From Emiliania huxleyi CCMP1516 (Eukaryota): a stretch of DNA of 64,000 nucleotides. The number at the start of each line of letters is the position of its first letter. Within the stretch, counting starts at the first letter, position 1. The position numbers were made by a program, and so were the translations under genes. Below are positions 35,409-55,602 of this stretch, one piece after another. The stretch covers positions 1 through 64,000 of the forward strand of contig NW_005201287.1 in the NCBI RefSeq assembly GCF_000372725.1, given 5' to 3'. Under the pieces are notes generated by a model that worked only from the letters and a program-made list of their open reading frames with translations, had not been told where the DNA came from and did no database searches.

Positions 35409-37569
35409 GGGGGGCCTCCCGGACGTATGATCCTAGCCCAATAAGCTCCACGGAGCAGATTTGGATTTTTGACAGAATTAAATGCACTGCCCCCGCACGG
35501 TACTAATGGTCGTAGTTTTGGGGGCGGCGCCCCTCACGGCACCACACTGACGCCGGACAGCCCGAGATTAGCCTAGCAGTGAGTGGGAATCGCCTGCCGG
35601 TCGGCTTGGCACGAGCCAAGCACTTGGGTGGCCGTCAACCGAGTCCGAGCGGCGCCTGAGGTGGGTGCCACGGCGTCCGCACGAAGGCGTGGCGGGGTGA
35701 GGAGCCAGGGGTGGTGAACACCTCCCTGACGGGCGCGCGGCGCGCCGGATGGTCCGCCGAGGCCGCCGCCGCCCCGGCGGCGGCGATGGGGGCGGCGGGG
35801 CCGACCCGGCCGGCGTTTGTCGGCTCCACCTACAGAAGAGCAGTCTCTGTGGGTCGACGATACTAACTCGGTAGTAACGCTGAGCGGTGCTGTGCGACGC
35901 CGCGTCGTGCGCGAGGCGACCTCCTGGGGCTACCTGGGCTGGCAATGGATGCCACCAGGACGCACGGCTAGCAGGAGCCAGTCGGGCATGCCCTGCTGTG
36001 GAGCAGAGCCTGCTGGCGCACCGGCGATACTAACTCAGCGCGCCGCGAGAGGCAAATCTGGGCGACTTTGGAGGCGCAGTTCTCGAGCTTGCCGTCGACG
36101 ATTGATGTCGGGTAAACTGTCACTGCCGTCCGGGAAGGTCTTCTCTCAGCAGGCCGAGCGCCGTGGCATCGCGCTGCTCGCAGCGCTGTCGCGGCGCCGA
36201 GAACCCCCAAAACTCGCGAGACCTCGATCAAAGAGATATATGTGCCACTTTCCGCACAAACATGGCACCCGACCAGCTGAAGCTCTAGACTCGTCGACCG
36301 AGCTCTGGACGATGCCGACCTCAAACCACCAGCGCCAGCAACGACGTGCCGCGGCTCGCCGCGCCGCTGTTGCGACCGACGACGTGCCCGACGCCGTCCC
36401 GCGGCCGAAAGGAAGAGGCCCGCGCAACCACTTCTGGGACCCGCGGCCGCCGGGCGTGCGGCGGCACAACGAGTCGAACGAACCGAACCAGCGCAGAGCG
36501 GCGCGTCTCGCGAGCGCCCGCGGCCGCCACGCCGACGCCGTCCGCGGCCGACGGTGGTCGCGAATCAACGCGGCGCGGTGCAACGAGGCCAAGTCCTTCC
36601 AGGCTCCCGCCAGCAGCGCCTCGTGGCGTGGGCTGCACGGCCCTTCGAGACGGCCCGGGGGGCGGTGAGAGACCTCTCCCGCCGGCATGGCGCACTATAT
36701 CACCCGTAGAGGCCTCTCTATAGTCGCCTTTTGGCACCTCCTCTCTCCATGCCGCCGATTAGACCTCGCCGCATCGCATCGCCCCCTTCCCTGCCCCGTC
36801 GCCCTCCTGAGCTCTCCCTCCTTCGCTCCAGCCATGCACAGGACGGCTGGACCATTGGCCCGCGTGCCAGGCGTCCGGGACGGCCGGGTATCGGCTCCGT
36901 ACTTTGAGCCCTCTTGGGCCACCCTCGCGTCCACCGGCCGGCAGAGCACCGCTTGGGCGACTCAGACGGCCCGCCCGACCAGCGCGTTCGATCGTGCCGC
37001 CCCCACAGCGTCAGTGGCGTGCGTGGGGTGGCAGGCGGCGTCAGCGCAGCCCCTCGTGGGGGTGCCCACCGCTCTCCTCTCACCGCTCCCCCCCGCCCGT
37101 GGCACCCCACACACTCGTCCCTCCTCAGGGGCGCAAGGCGGCACGGCACGTTCAGCGCTTGCCTCGGCCCACCTCGCCTTCACGCCCGCCACCGCGACCA
37201 AGGAGGTGGCCTCGGCGGCCCAGATGAAGCCCGTGCGGCTCGTTTGGGAGCCGCATGCCGTCCCTCTCTCGCCGGCGCTGCTCACCACGCCCAAGCCTAC
37301 GCCGAGGAACCCGTCGCGCCCGTCGCTCCACGAGCTGGTGGCTCGCATCGACCGAGCCGTCCAGCTTTCTCACGCCCTGCCCACGATCAAATTCGAGACG
37401 ACCAACATCCGACCACAAAAAAGGCCCGCGCGTGCTGCGCGGGCCGGCGAGCGACTAGCGAGCCAACCTGCTAGTACTACAAAGACTACGATACTGGGGT
37501 ACACATCTTGTACAGGTGCATTTTCCCGCCTTCGGAGCCGCCCCCGCCCCCCCCCTCGCTCCCAAGCCG

Positions 37570-38578
37570 ATGCCGGTCGCTGCCTGCGCTGCCTCCCACA
37601 CCAAGATCTCCGGCCAAGGCTCCGTCGCCGCGCACTCGCCCTGCGCCTGCGCTGCCTCCCACACCAAGATCTCCGGCCAAGGCTCCGTCGCCGCGCACTC
37701 GCCCTCCGCCCTCAAGGACGCGGGCGGGGAGGCCCTCGCCGCAGGCGACATCGTCCGCGCGACTCATATGTACACGATGGCCATCGACTTGGTCCTCGAG
37801 GGCGAGGCGCCGCCGGCGAGTGGCGCAGATTGGTTCGCGCTGGACGCCAAGAGCGGCGGTGTGCTCCACGCGCTGCTCTCCAACCGCTCGCTCACGCTGC
37901 TCAAGCAAGAGGACGCTCCGGCGGCGGCAGAGGACGCAGAGCACTGCACATGTGCTCGGCCTGACTGGCCCAAGGGCCACCTGCGCCTCCTCGCGGCGCT
38001 CGACGCTTCCTTCACGCTGCTCGAGGAACGCCGCCGCGTGTGCGCCCGCGCGCTGCGCGCATGCCCCGGCCACCGAGCTTGACGCTGAGGCGGCCACCGC
38101 CGCTGCCGGCAAGCCGGCCGGGCGCCGCGCCGAGGAGGAAGAGGCGGAGCAGATCGCGGCGACGCGGCGCGTCGCGGAGGACCCCGGCGACCCGCGCCGA
38201 TTCATGGCGGCAGGGGACTTCGGCTCGGCGCTCGCGGTCGGAGCGTTTGGCTTGCAGAAGGACGTGGCCGCGGCGGAGGTGTACCTGCGGGTGGGCGCCG
38301 ACGGCGGCGACGCGGGCGCCCAGCGCAACCTCGGCCTCCTCCTCCTCGAGCTGGGGCGGGCTGCGGAGGGCGCCGAGATGCTCCGCCGGGCCGCCGAGGG
38401 CGGCGACGAGAGCGCGGCCGCGACCTGCGATCAGCTTCTCTCCGAAGCAAAGGCGCGCGAGGAGGAGGCGCTCTTCAAGCTGCGGGCGCTGGCGAGCGGC
38501 GGCGACTCGCGAGCGCGCGCCGTGCTCGAGCAGCACGAGGCGGAGCGCGCGGCGGTGACTGCTCGGGCCGGCGCTTGA
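37570..38578 (+). CDS. TPR + Sel1-like repeat protein
   Basis: LKDAGGEAL...YTMAI, LLSNRS, RPDWPKGHLR, then QKDVAAAEVYLRVGADGGDAGAQRNLG; frame change near 38068; 63-bp duplication at the 5' end; start uncertain. Confidence 0.7.
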
Positions 38579-39179
38579 TCCGATCACTGCGAGGTGTGGA
38601 CCCAACCCAGTTAACAACCGTGAGGTCGCGTAAGATCTCCTTGTCTTCTCCTGCATCTAGTCGCATGCTCGTGGCGTGTTCCGCCCGCCTTGATCATTCA
38701 TGGCGTCCTCCCCGAGGTGCAATCGGTTGCGTGTGTGCTGTGAACGGCGTGTCCGCGGCTCCGCGCTCGTTTTCTCTTAGTTCACTATTATATTGCACAA
38801 CGACATAGAAAACCGTACCAGCCGCTTCGGTTGCTGAAGCTGATGCTGTTGCTCGCTCGTGCGGGTCGTGGTACGTGGGTCAACTCGTGCACCAGGCTCG
38901 TGCATTTTGCACTCCGACTCCCGCCACGCGCCTGTTCGCTGTTCCCTGTTGCTGTTGGCCAAAGTACAGGTTTCGATCCGGGCCACCACACAAATTTTGA
39001 TCAGCAAATTTCGAGGGGCCGGCCGCAAATTTTGAGGTAGATTTTGATTGTCAAAACACGTCCGTCTTGCCGCAGGATAGAGCATATAGGCGGCGAACAC
39101 CCACACACGACATCCCACCACTCAACAGGACGCGTTAACCTCCCCACGAGACACGGCTAACGCGCAGGCGCACATGAGT

Positions 39180-39740
39180 CGGCATTTGGTGGCGTGAGGA
39201 GTGAGGAACGCTACTGGCGGCGCGAGAGGGCCTCTCTCCGCTGCGTGTGTTGCCCATCGGCACGCGGGTGCGCAGAATCGCGACTCTCCCGCTCGCTCGA
39301 CCCTTTTGCTGCGAGAGGGCGCCGGCCGCGTGTAGGAGGTGGCTGGCGCCCTGAGGCGGCATTTGGTGGCGTGAGGAGTGAGGAACGCTACTGGCGGCGC
39401 GAGAGGGCCTCTCTCGGTTGCGTGTGCCGCCCATCGGCACGCGGGTGCGCAGACATCGCGACTCCTGCGCGACTCTCCCGCTCGCTCGACCCTTTTGCCG
39501 CGAGAGGGCGCCGGCCGCGTGTAGGAGGTGGCTGGCGCCCTGAGGCGGCATTTGGTGGCGTGAGGAGTGCGGAACGCTACTGGCGGCGCGAGAGGGCCTC
39601 TCTCGGTTGCGTGTGCCGCCCATCGGCACGCGGGTGCGCAGACATCGCGCGACTCTGCCCGCTCGCTCGACCCTTTTGCCGCGAGAGGGCGCCGGCCGCG
39701 TGTAAGAGGTGGCTGGCGCCCTGAGGCGGCATTTGGTGGG
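39180..39740. repeat. 177-189-bp tandem repeat, 3 copies
   Basis: GGCATTTGGTGG recurs at 39181, 39358, 39547, 39728. Confidence 0.9.
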
Positions 39741-40083
39741 GTCAGCGTGCGGTGCTGAGTCTTCCTCGTCGGCGCTGGGGCCAGATCCCAGCGCAGAACT
39801 CTGCAACGCTGGCATACAGACACAACAAGACTAACCGCTTAATCCTTACCCCAACCCTATAACCCCAACCCTAACCCCAACCCTAACCCTAACCCTAACC
39901 CTAGGTCAGCGTGCGGGGCTGCGTCTTAGTCGTCGGCGCTGTGGGGCCAGATCCCAGCGCAGAACCCTGCAACGCTGGCATATACAGACACAACAAGACT
40001 AACCCTGACCCTGACCCTAACTAACCCTAACCTAACCCTAACCCTAACCCTAACCCTGACCCTAATAACCCTAACCCTAACCC
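39741..40083. repeat. Two ~97-bp units, each followed by an interstitial (CCCTAA)n tract
   Basis: Units at 39741-39836 and 39905-40004; telomeric tracts at ~39845-39903 and ~40000-40083. Confidence 0.88.
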
Positions 40084-40516
40084 ACCCCCCAACTCCACAC
40101 CGCGAGTTTGAAAGATCTTTTTGGAAAGCAGGCCCGACTGCAAATTTCTTCAAAATTTTCGCAGGCGCCCCGCGCCTGCAGATTTTGAAATACATTCGAC
40201 AAAATTGGTACCTGGCCCAACGCGCCTGGCGGTGGCCTGTGAGGCCTCGCGGCCAGTCAGCCAGTGTTCCACATCCGTCCTGGCTCCTAGCCTCCCGCAC
40301 TAAACTACTCGAGTATGATTGACAATGTTGAAGGAATGCATCACCTCGCTCGGCCCCCCTCAGATCAAGGCTTGCAAGACGAGAGAGGGCGACAGCTCGC
40401 AGGCCGACTCGCCCTCTCGACTCTCTGCGCCGCACAGGCGCCTCTAGCGCTGGACACCCCCCGCTGGGCCCCCACTGGACAGTCACGCCTGAGCCAGGCC
40501 TGGGGTGCGGCGGGGT

Positions 40517-40897
40517 TTACGCCACTGCCAATGCCTGCGGACCTGCCACGGCGTCGCCACAGCCTTGGCATCCAGGGACCGTCGGTTGGACCGGCACCGG
40601 CACCCATTTGCACCACCCAGCACAGTCGTCAGCCTGTTTCTCTGCTCCGTCGCAGGCCTCGCATTCCGGCACAAGTGGCTGCACTGGCACCGGCACCCAC
40701 TGGCACCAATTTGCACAGCGGTCATCTGCATACATCTCTTCCCCATCGAGGCCGCGCTTGGAGCTCTGCTCACTGCAGCCGGCGCAGAGCGGCACCAGAG
40801 GCTGGACAGGGACTGGGATCCACTTGCACCAGGGCTCACACGTTCCATTGTTCGCGCCGGGCGAGATGAGGAGGAGGGCGGGTAGCAGAGTGAGCAT
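40517..40897 (-). CDS. Small secreted protein with three CxxWCxW(V/I)PVPVQPxVPxCxxC repeats
   Basis: ATG at 40897, hydrophobic leader MLTLLPALLLIS, 126 aa; repeats conserved at the protein level. Confidence 0.8.
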   Translation of the reverse strand: MLTLLPALLLISPGANNGTCEPWCKWIPVPVQPLVPLCAGCSEQSSKRGLDGEEMYADDRCANWCQWVPVPVQPLVPECEACDGAEKQADDCAGWCKWVPVPVQPTVPGCQGCGDAVAGPQALAVA

Positions 40898-41209
40898 GCT
40901 ATGTCCTTTGGAGTCCTTCCCCTCGGCGCTTCGGCGCGTGCAACACGCAAAAGGACGTAAGAGGTGAGATAGTGAAACTCGGCGCGCAAAAACAAAGAAT
41001 TTGAGGAGGGAACTCCCTCGAGAAAGAATTTCATCCATTCGGGTCGCTCCTCATCGCAAACCCTGTCAGCAGAGTCCTCCTACGGGAATGTACGTAAGAG
41101 CCACATACAACGAGAGAGACGAGAGAGAGACAGTAAGCGAAAAGTACTACAACGAGAGAGAGAGAAATAACGCCTTTTGCACAAATCACATAGATTGCGC
41201 ACGCGAGCC

Positions 41210-43831
41210 TCATGAGACCCTTCCGATTCGCTGTCGCGTCTGGCGGGGCACCAGCCCGCCACGCAGCGTTCCCTCCGGAGTGCCTCGGTGCTCGTGGTGG
41301 CGCACAAAGGCGTGGTACTCGTGCGCCACTCTGCGGAGCATGCCGTCTTTCATCAGCCGCTCGAGCTCGGGGTGGGTGTGGCGTAAGCCCGCCCAGGTCT
41401 CCTCTGAGATGAGGAGGAGCGTACTGCCGCGCGGGCTCTTTCCGACAAGCGTCGTCTCGCGCTTGCCGCCGGTGTAGGCGCCACAAATCATAAAGAGGAA
41501 GCCAAAGGTCGAGCCCGGCACCAGCAGCTCGATCTTTGTGCCGCAGTGCAGCAGCTCGAGCTCGCCATCGAGGACGTAGCCGAAGAAACCCGCCTGACTC
41601 TCCTCCCGCCACACCACCTCTCGGGGGGCAACCTCCCGCCGCTCGCCCAGCCGAAGTAGTGTCGCCGCCAGCTCCACCTGCGCGTCCGTCGGTTGGCTGT
41701 GCGGCTCGAGGAGCGTGTCTTGATACCACGCACACAGAAGAGTCTCGTGGTCGCGCGTGGAGTTGCCGCCGCTAGGTACCACGGTTGGGAGCGACCTCCG
41801 GCGAAAGCCGCCGGGTGCGCACGCGGCGATGATGGCGTCCTCGCATTCGCAGAGCGTCTGCTGCAGGCCCTCGAGCTGGCCGAGCAACCCTCGAGATCCG
41901 CTCTCGAGGGCGGCTCGCACGTGTGCGGGCGGCAGAGTGAGGCGCAGCGCGCCGCCTCTGTCGGCCACCGTCTCGGAGAGCTTGATGAGCTCCTGCACCG
42001 CGCCAAAGTCGCACCCCTTGCACGCGGCGAGATCGAGGATCACAAACCAGGGCGGCATCACGGGCACCGGCGGCGCAGCCTCGTCGCCACCGCACCCCTC
42101 TGCAAGTCCGTCGGCGCTACTTGCTTCACCCTTTGCCGTGGCCCCGGACGTGGTGTCACTGTGCGCCTCGGCGACGGCAGCCACCGCCCGCGAGAGCTGG
42201 GGCGAAGATCCAAACATCAGGAAGCCGTGTACCGAGACGATGTGGATGTTGGCGGCGCCATACTCGAGCAGAAACGTGCGATGCATCCAGGGCCGCACCG
42301 TGTTTGACTGCAGCCCGTCGGTGTGCACGCGAACGATGGGCGCGCGCGAGTAGATGATGACGAACTTGATGAGCGAGACAATCAGGCCAAAGAGCAGGCC
42401 GGACAAGAAGTTGCACGCCATGAGCAGGGGCACGACAACCACGAGCAGCTTGTCGACGGTGTCGTTTGTGCGCCGGATGGTCTCCAAGCCCTCGCCCATG
42501 AATCCGATGCCCATGTGCGCCATGTAGGCGCCAACGACCGCGCGTGGCACCGAGGCGGCCACGTCCGACACCACCAGCGTGGAGCAGGCGGCAAAGAGGA
42601 CGACCCACGGGCCCGCGCGCGCACGACCGCGCAAGCCGCGACTCAGGCTCATGTTTGCCACGCTTGGGGATAGCTGCACGTAGTTGGGGATGGTACCAAC
42701 GCACGCGGCGAACAAGTTGGCCATGCCGATCGAGCTGAGCTCTCGATCGAGGTCGAAGGAGGCGGCCGCGGGCGGCGGTCGCTCGGTCTCGCCCTGCCGC
42801 GACGCAGGCCGCGCCGTCGCGACCGCCTCGACCGAGACGAGGTCTGTGATGGTCACGAGCGAGTGCACCAGGCAGCAGGAGAGGGAGTAGGGGAGAGCCG
42901 AGAGGACCACCGCCCACTGCACCTCCCCGAACGAGAGTTGCGAGAGGAGCCCCAAGGGCGAGGAGGCCGAAGGGTCGGCGTCGGCGTCGCCGCCCTCGCC
43001 GCCGCCCTCGCCGCCGCCGCCAAACCACCAGTGCTGGTCCAGCTTGGGCAGGCCGACGAGGGGCAGTGCGTGCGCCAGCAGGGTGGCGGCGGCGAGGAAC
43101 AAGACGCCGGCAATCGGCGAACGAACGAGCCACTGCACAGCCGCGAGGGCGCAGATGAGGACAAGCGTGCACGCGATTCGAATCTGCGTGCCTGGATTGC
43201 CCACAAGCGCGCCCCACTCCATCTCTCCGCCCGACCCGGTCTCGAGGCCTTCCACAACCATGAAGAGGCCGACGCCGCCGAGCGCGGCCTTGAGAACGAT
43301 GAGCGGGATGCATCTGAAGATGCCGCCCAGCTTGCAGCGGCCGACACACGTGTGCAGCGTCCCGACGAGTGCGCTCGTCATCGAGTAGGTGGCGATAAGC
43401 GTAGAGGCGCGAGCGGCGACGGGCAGCGCAGGGTCGATGAGTTCGGCGATTGGAACGAGGAGAGGAACGAGCTCGAGAGTGGCGCCGGCGGTGGCGTACG
43501 GGAACCGGCTGAAGAGGCAAGCCGCCGCCTGGCCCACGATGATGGACAAAAGGAACAGGTGCACGCCGGCAGAGGACGAGAACCCCAAGGCGGCTGGCAA
43601 TATCAGCGACCCAAAGGATGCAGCGGTGACGTCGGCCAGGATTGTGAGGAAGGCGGCGATCGGCAGCCGGCTGAGGAACGAGCTTGCGATGCAAATGCCG
43701 CGCGGCCGCGGGCAGCGCGTGCCTGTCTCTTCTGGCGACGGGACGTCGACCGGCTTAATGTCAACAGCCACCTTGCAGCTCGACCGGCGCGTCATGAGCG
43801 ACGCTCGACGAGACTGCCACTCGCTCGCCAT
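41210..43831 (-). CDS. SLC26/SulP anion transporter with STAS and cyclic-nucleotide-binding domains
   Basis: IPLIVLKAALGGVG, DLDRELSSIGMAN, SNTVRP, VHGFLMFGS, FVILDL...D, C-terminal cNMP-like (PGSTFG); intronless. Confidence 0.9.
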   Translation of the reverse strand: MASEWQSRRASLMTRRSSCKVAVDIKPVDVPSPEETGTRCPRPRGICIASSFLSRLPIAAFLTILADVTAASFGSLILPAALGFSSSAGVHLFLLSIIVGQAAACLFSRFPYATAGATLELVPLLVPIAELIDPALPVAARASTLIATYSMTSALVGTLHTCVGRCKLGGIFRCIPLIVLKAALGGVGLFMVVEGLETGSGGEMEWGALVGNPGTQIRIACTLVLICALAAVQWLVRSPIAGVLFLAAATLLAHALPLVGLPKLDQHWWFGGGGEGGGEGGDADADPSASSPLGLLSQLSFGEVQWAVVLSALPYSLSCCLVHSLVTITDLVSVEAVATARPASRQGETERPPPAAASFDLDRELSSIGMANLFAACVGTIPNYVQLSPSVANMSLSRGLRGRARAGPWVVLFAACSTLVVSDVAASVPRAVVGAYMAHMGIGFMGEGLETIRRTNDTVDKLLVVVVPLLMACNFLSGLLFGLIVSLIKFVIIYSRAPIVRVHTDGLQSNTVRPWMHRTFLLEYGAANIHIVSVHGFLMFGSSPQLSRAVAAVAEAHSDTTSGATAKGEASSADGLAEGCGGDEAAPPVPVMPPWFVILDLAACKGCDFGAVQELIKLSETVADRGGALRLTLPPAHVRAALESGSRGLLGQLEGLQQTLCECEDAIIAACAPGGFRRRSLPTVVPSGGNSTRDHETLLCAWYQDTLLEPHSQPTDAQVELAATLLRLGERREVAPREVVWREESQAGFFGYVLDGELELLHCGTKIELLVPGSTFGFLFMICGAYTGGKRETTLVGKSPRGSTLLLISEETWAGLRHTHPELERLMKDGMLRRVAHEYHAFVRHHEHRGTPEGTLRGGLVPRQTRQRIGRVS

Positions 43832-45782
43832 ACTTGTCAAGGATATGGGCGAGGATGCGACCAGCGGAAGGACCTCCTCGAACACCGCTAATACGTATAA
43901 AAAGAATTTTAGAAGAAACGCCCTCGCACAACACTGGGCACGGGACTGCCGCGCACTAAAAAGAAAATTGGATGGGCACGAAGGCGCTCTCACAAAGAAA
44001 AATGGAATTTTGCCGGTGCGGGACAGCCTGTCAGGAGACGGAACACGGAGGAGCTGTATAGGTCACTAGAGACAAAACAAAAAAATGCTAGAGACCCACA
44101 CCATCGCTACATCACCACAACCACCAAGTCGGATACAAGTCGATGACAATGTGCGCGGCAGGAGAAACCCAACAGCATGACAATGTGCGCGGCAGGACAA
44201 ACCAAACATGAGACACGGTTACACAAGGACGGTCAGGCTACGGTCAGGAAGTAGGTTTGAGTTCACACTCTCCAACACTCCCCCATTGTCTCCGCAGTCT
44301 TCATGAATGTGAGGATGCGGCAGACAACAACAGCAGAGTGTGAATGTGTCTGAGCGTAGGTATGCCGGTTACCCGCCGGCGTCTCGCGGGGCTGGCGAAG
44401 CGTCCAACCTTGCGTCTTCGCGAAGGATGGTCTTGCTTGTTGGCAAGACTTGCGCGCTAAGATGATCCAGTGAAGGGGTCAAAGCGCGGCCGAGTGGGCG
44501 GAGAGAGAGAAAGGGGAGATAATGAACAGGAGCTCGTTGTGGAGCTCGGTCATGGCGCGCCGCGAGCTGCAATCCGGGCTGAGCGTCGCGGGGCGGCGGC
44601 TTGAGCGGGCGCGGCAGGCGCGGCGGGCGCGGGAGCGGCAGCGGGGGCGCCCCCTTGCGGCGCGGCGATTGGGCCGTTGGGAGGCCTCGCCGCGTTGACG
44701 CGGATGAGCGCATCAGGGACGTGAGGACGATCTTCAATGCCCCGAACGTTGATGTTGCGCCACGGGCCGCCGACGTCGGAGATGGCAGGCTCAGTCTCAG
44801 ACGTCCAGACGGCAGAGACGCTCGTAGAGGCGCATTGGACTTCTTGCCAGAGGCGTTGGACAGCGGGACGGGCTAGCGCGAGGAGGCGAGACGAGGAAGA
44901 GACAGCAATGAGGTAGAGTGGCATTGCCACGTCGAACAGATGCCCAACACTCCCCCACGACGTGGTAATCGCCACACAAGGCAGAGAGGGCGTGTCGATC
45001 GTCGCGTGTTCATCGCGTACAGCTCCGGTCGTGTCGAGCGGCGACGTCGGAAGTAGCGGCGGCGAAAGGCAGGGTCCACATTCGGTGCGAGATCTTTGCG
45101 GTAACTGCCGTTGCAGCAGCCCGAGAGCTGGTAGCGGAGGCAGCAGCTGCGATGGTGGTCCGTAGGCGAGGAGAACGGACCGGTAAGGAGAAGCAAGAGG
45201 GGATACTCGTGTCCACACAGCCGCAGTGCTGGCGGAGATGCGCTCTGTCGCAGAAGATCCGCAAGCACCCAAGTTGATGTTGCGGTTGTACTCATTCTGC
45301 TCAGCCTCCGTGCCGAGCAGTTGGCGGCCGCTGTGCCACCGTGCGCCGAGCCTCTGTGCCCAGCCAATCACCACGGCTCGCGCATATGCCCATGGTGCCA
45401 GCCAACGTATCGAGCGCAAGCCGGAAATGCTGTGCGGCAACACATCTCGCTTGTGTGCCGCATCCTTCTCGTCCTCTCGCCTCCCCGGCTGTACGGCTCT
45501 ATTCCATTCTGTGTCGATGGAAGTTTCCACCCTGTTCATCCTCAGTGTCCATCAAGGGGGGGCGCGCGAAGAGAGCCTGGCCGGGTGTTTTCGGACGCCT
45601 CGACGCCGACACCACGGGGCTCATCGGTGAGGAAACGTGAAGAACGTAACGAATCCTCGGAGGGCGGGAGCCGGGCGCGCACAACCCCTGGTCAACTCAC
45701 GGTCCACACCCCGTAGCGGATTGAAGAGACGCACATTGCATTGGTACGTGTGTGTGTTTTCTCTCTCCGGTCCCAACTCCCG

Positions 45783-54620
<8,838 letters not shown>

Positions 54621-54745
54621 GAGGCGCGGGACGGCTTAGACAGAAATGGGAGGAGAAGGGGAGGAGGAGGAGCACCCGAGACCGAGCTGCCGGGCGCCGA
54701 GCGAGCGGCGCGAAGCGAAGAATTCTTGAGTAGCGGGCCCCTTTA

Positions 54746-55215
54746 CCGTCGGGTACTTATTTTAAGAGCAGGTAAACAGCAATAGATCCGGGTGTAGTGC
54801 CGGATCAGTTCCTGGAGCCAGGGGGACCGATTCGCGCTTGCCAAGGGACCAATTGCTGGAAGCCCGCGCAGCCTGCGCTCCGGCCGGCAGAGGGCTTGCG
54901 ACCCGTGGCAGGGTGACAGCCCGCCGGTGGGCGAGCCAAACTCTGGCGGAGGCAGCCCGCTCAGCCCCAGGCGCCCCTCGAACCGGAGGGTGGTCTGCCG
55001 CCGCTGCGCGTTGGGCGCGCCGAGGGCGGGAGACATCAGCTTCGCGCCACAGGTGACCTGGGGGACCGATTCTCGGCAAGTTGGCAGGACGGGCACTGTG
55101 AAGGATCGATTGCTGTACAACAAGGGACCGATTCCGTGAGGGCTGGGTATCGATTAGGCCGCTTGAGGGCCGGATCTATTGCTGTTTACCTGCTCTTAAA
55201 ATAAGTACCCGACGG
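54746..55215. mobile_element. Tc1/mariner-type MITE
   Basis: Perfect 46-bp TIR CCGTCGGGTACTTATTTTAAGAGCAGGTAAACAGCAATAGATCCGG, flanked by TA on both sides. Confidence 0.85.
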
Positions 55216-55602
55216 TAGGGAGGCAAACCCTGGCCGGCCCTTAGAACCCCAGGTAAGGCCCAGGTGTGGCCTAGGGCATCAGAAGGGACCAAGAGGAGTC
55301 CAGTCTGAGCCATAGAGCCCATGTCTTTGCCCCCGAAGGTCGCGTTCAAATGCCCGGAACGGACGTTACAGTGGTGTCCGGCCGGCGCGATCACCGAGCT
55401 GTGACGCTCAGGGAAGCCGGTTGAGGTACTGGTTTCTTTGCCCGGGGCTGGCCTTCCCCCCAGGCTGGATCAGCTGAGCAAGGTTTGGGGAGAATCCCCC
55501 GGTCAGATCTTCAGATATTTTGACGGATGACCGAAATCACCCCGTTTTTGACGCCATCCCGGTGCAGGAGATCGATTCGACTGTGCCTTGGTCTATCCAG
55601 GT

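Noticed and set aside
35568..37500. Several 100-425-aa ORFs as genes
   Set aside because: No recognisable domain; long ORFs arise by chance at this GC content
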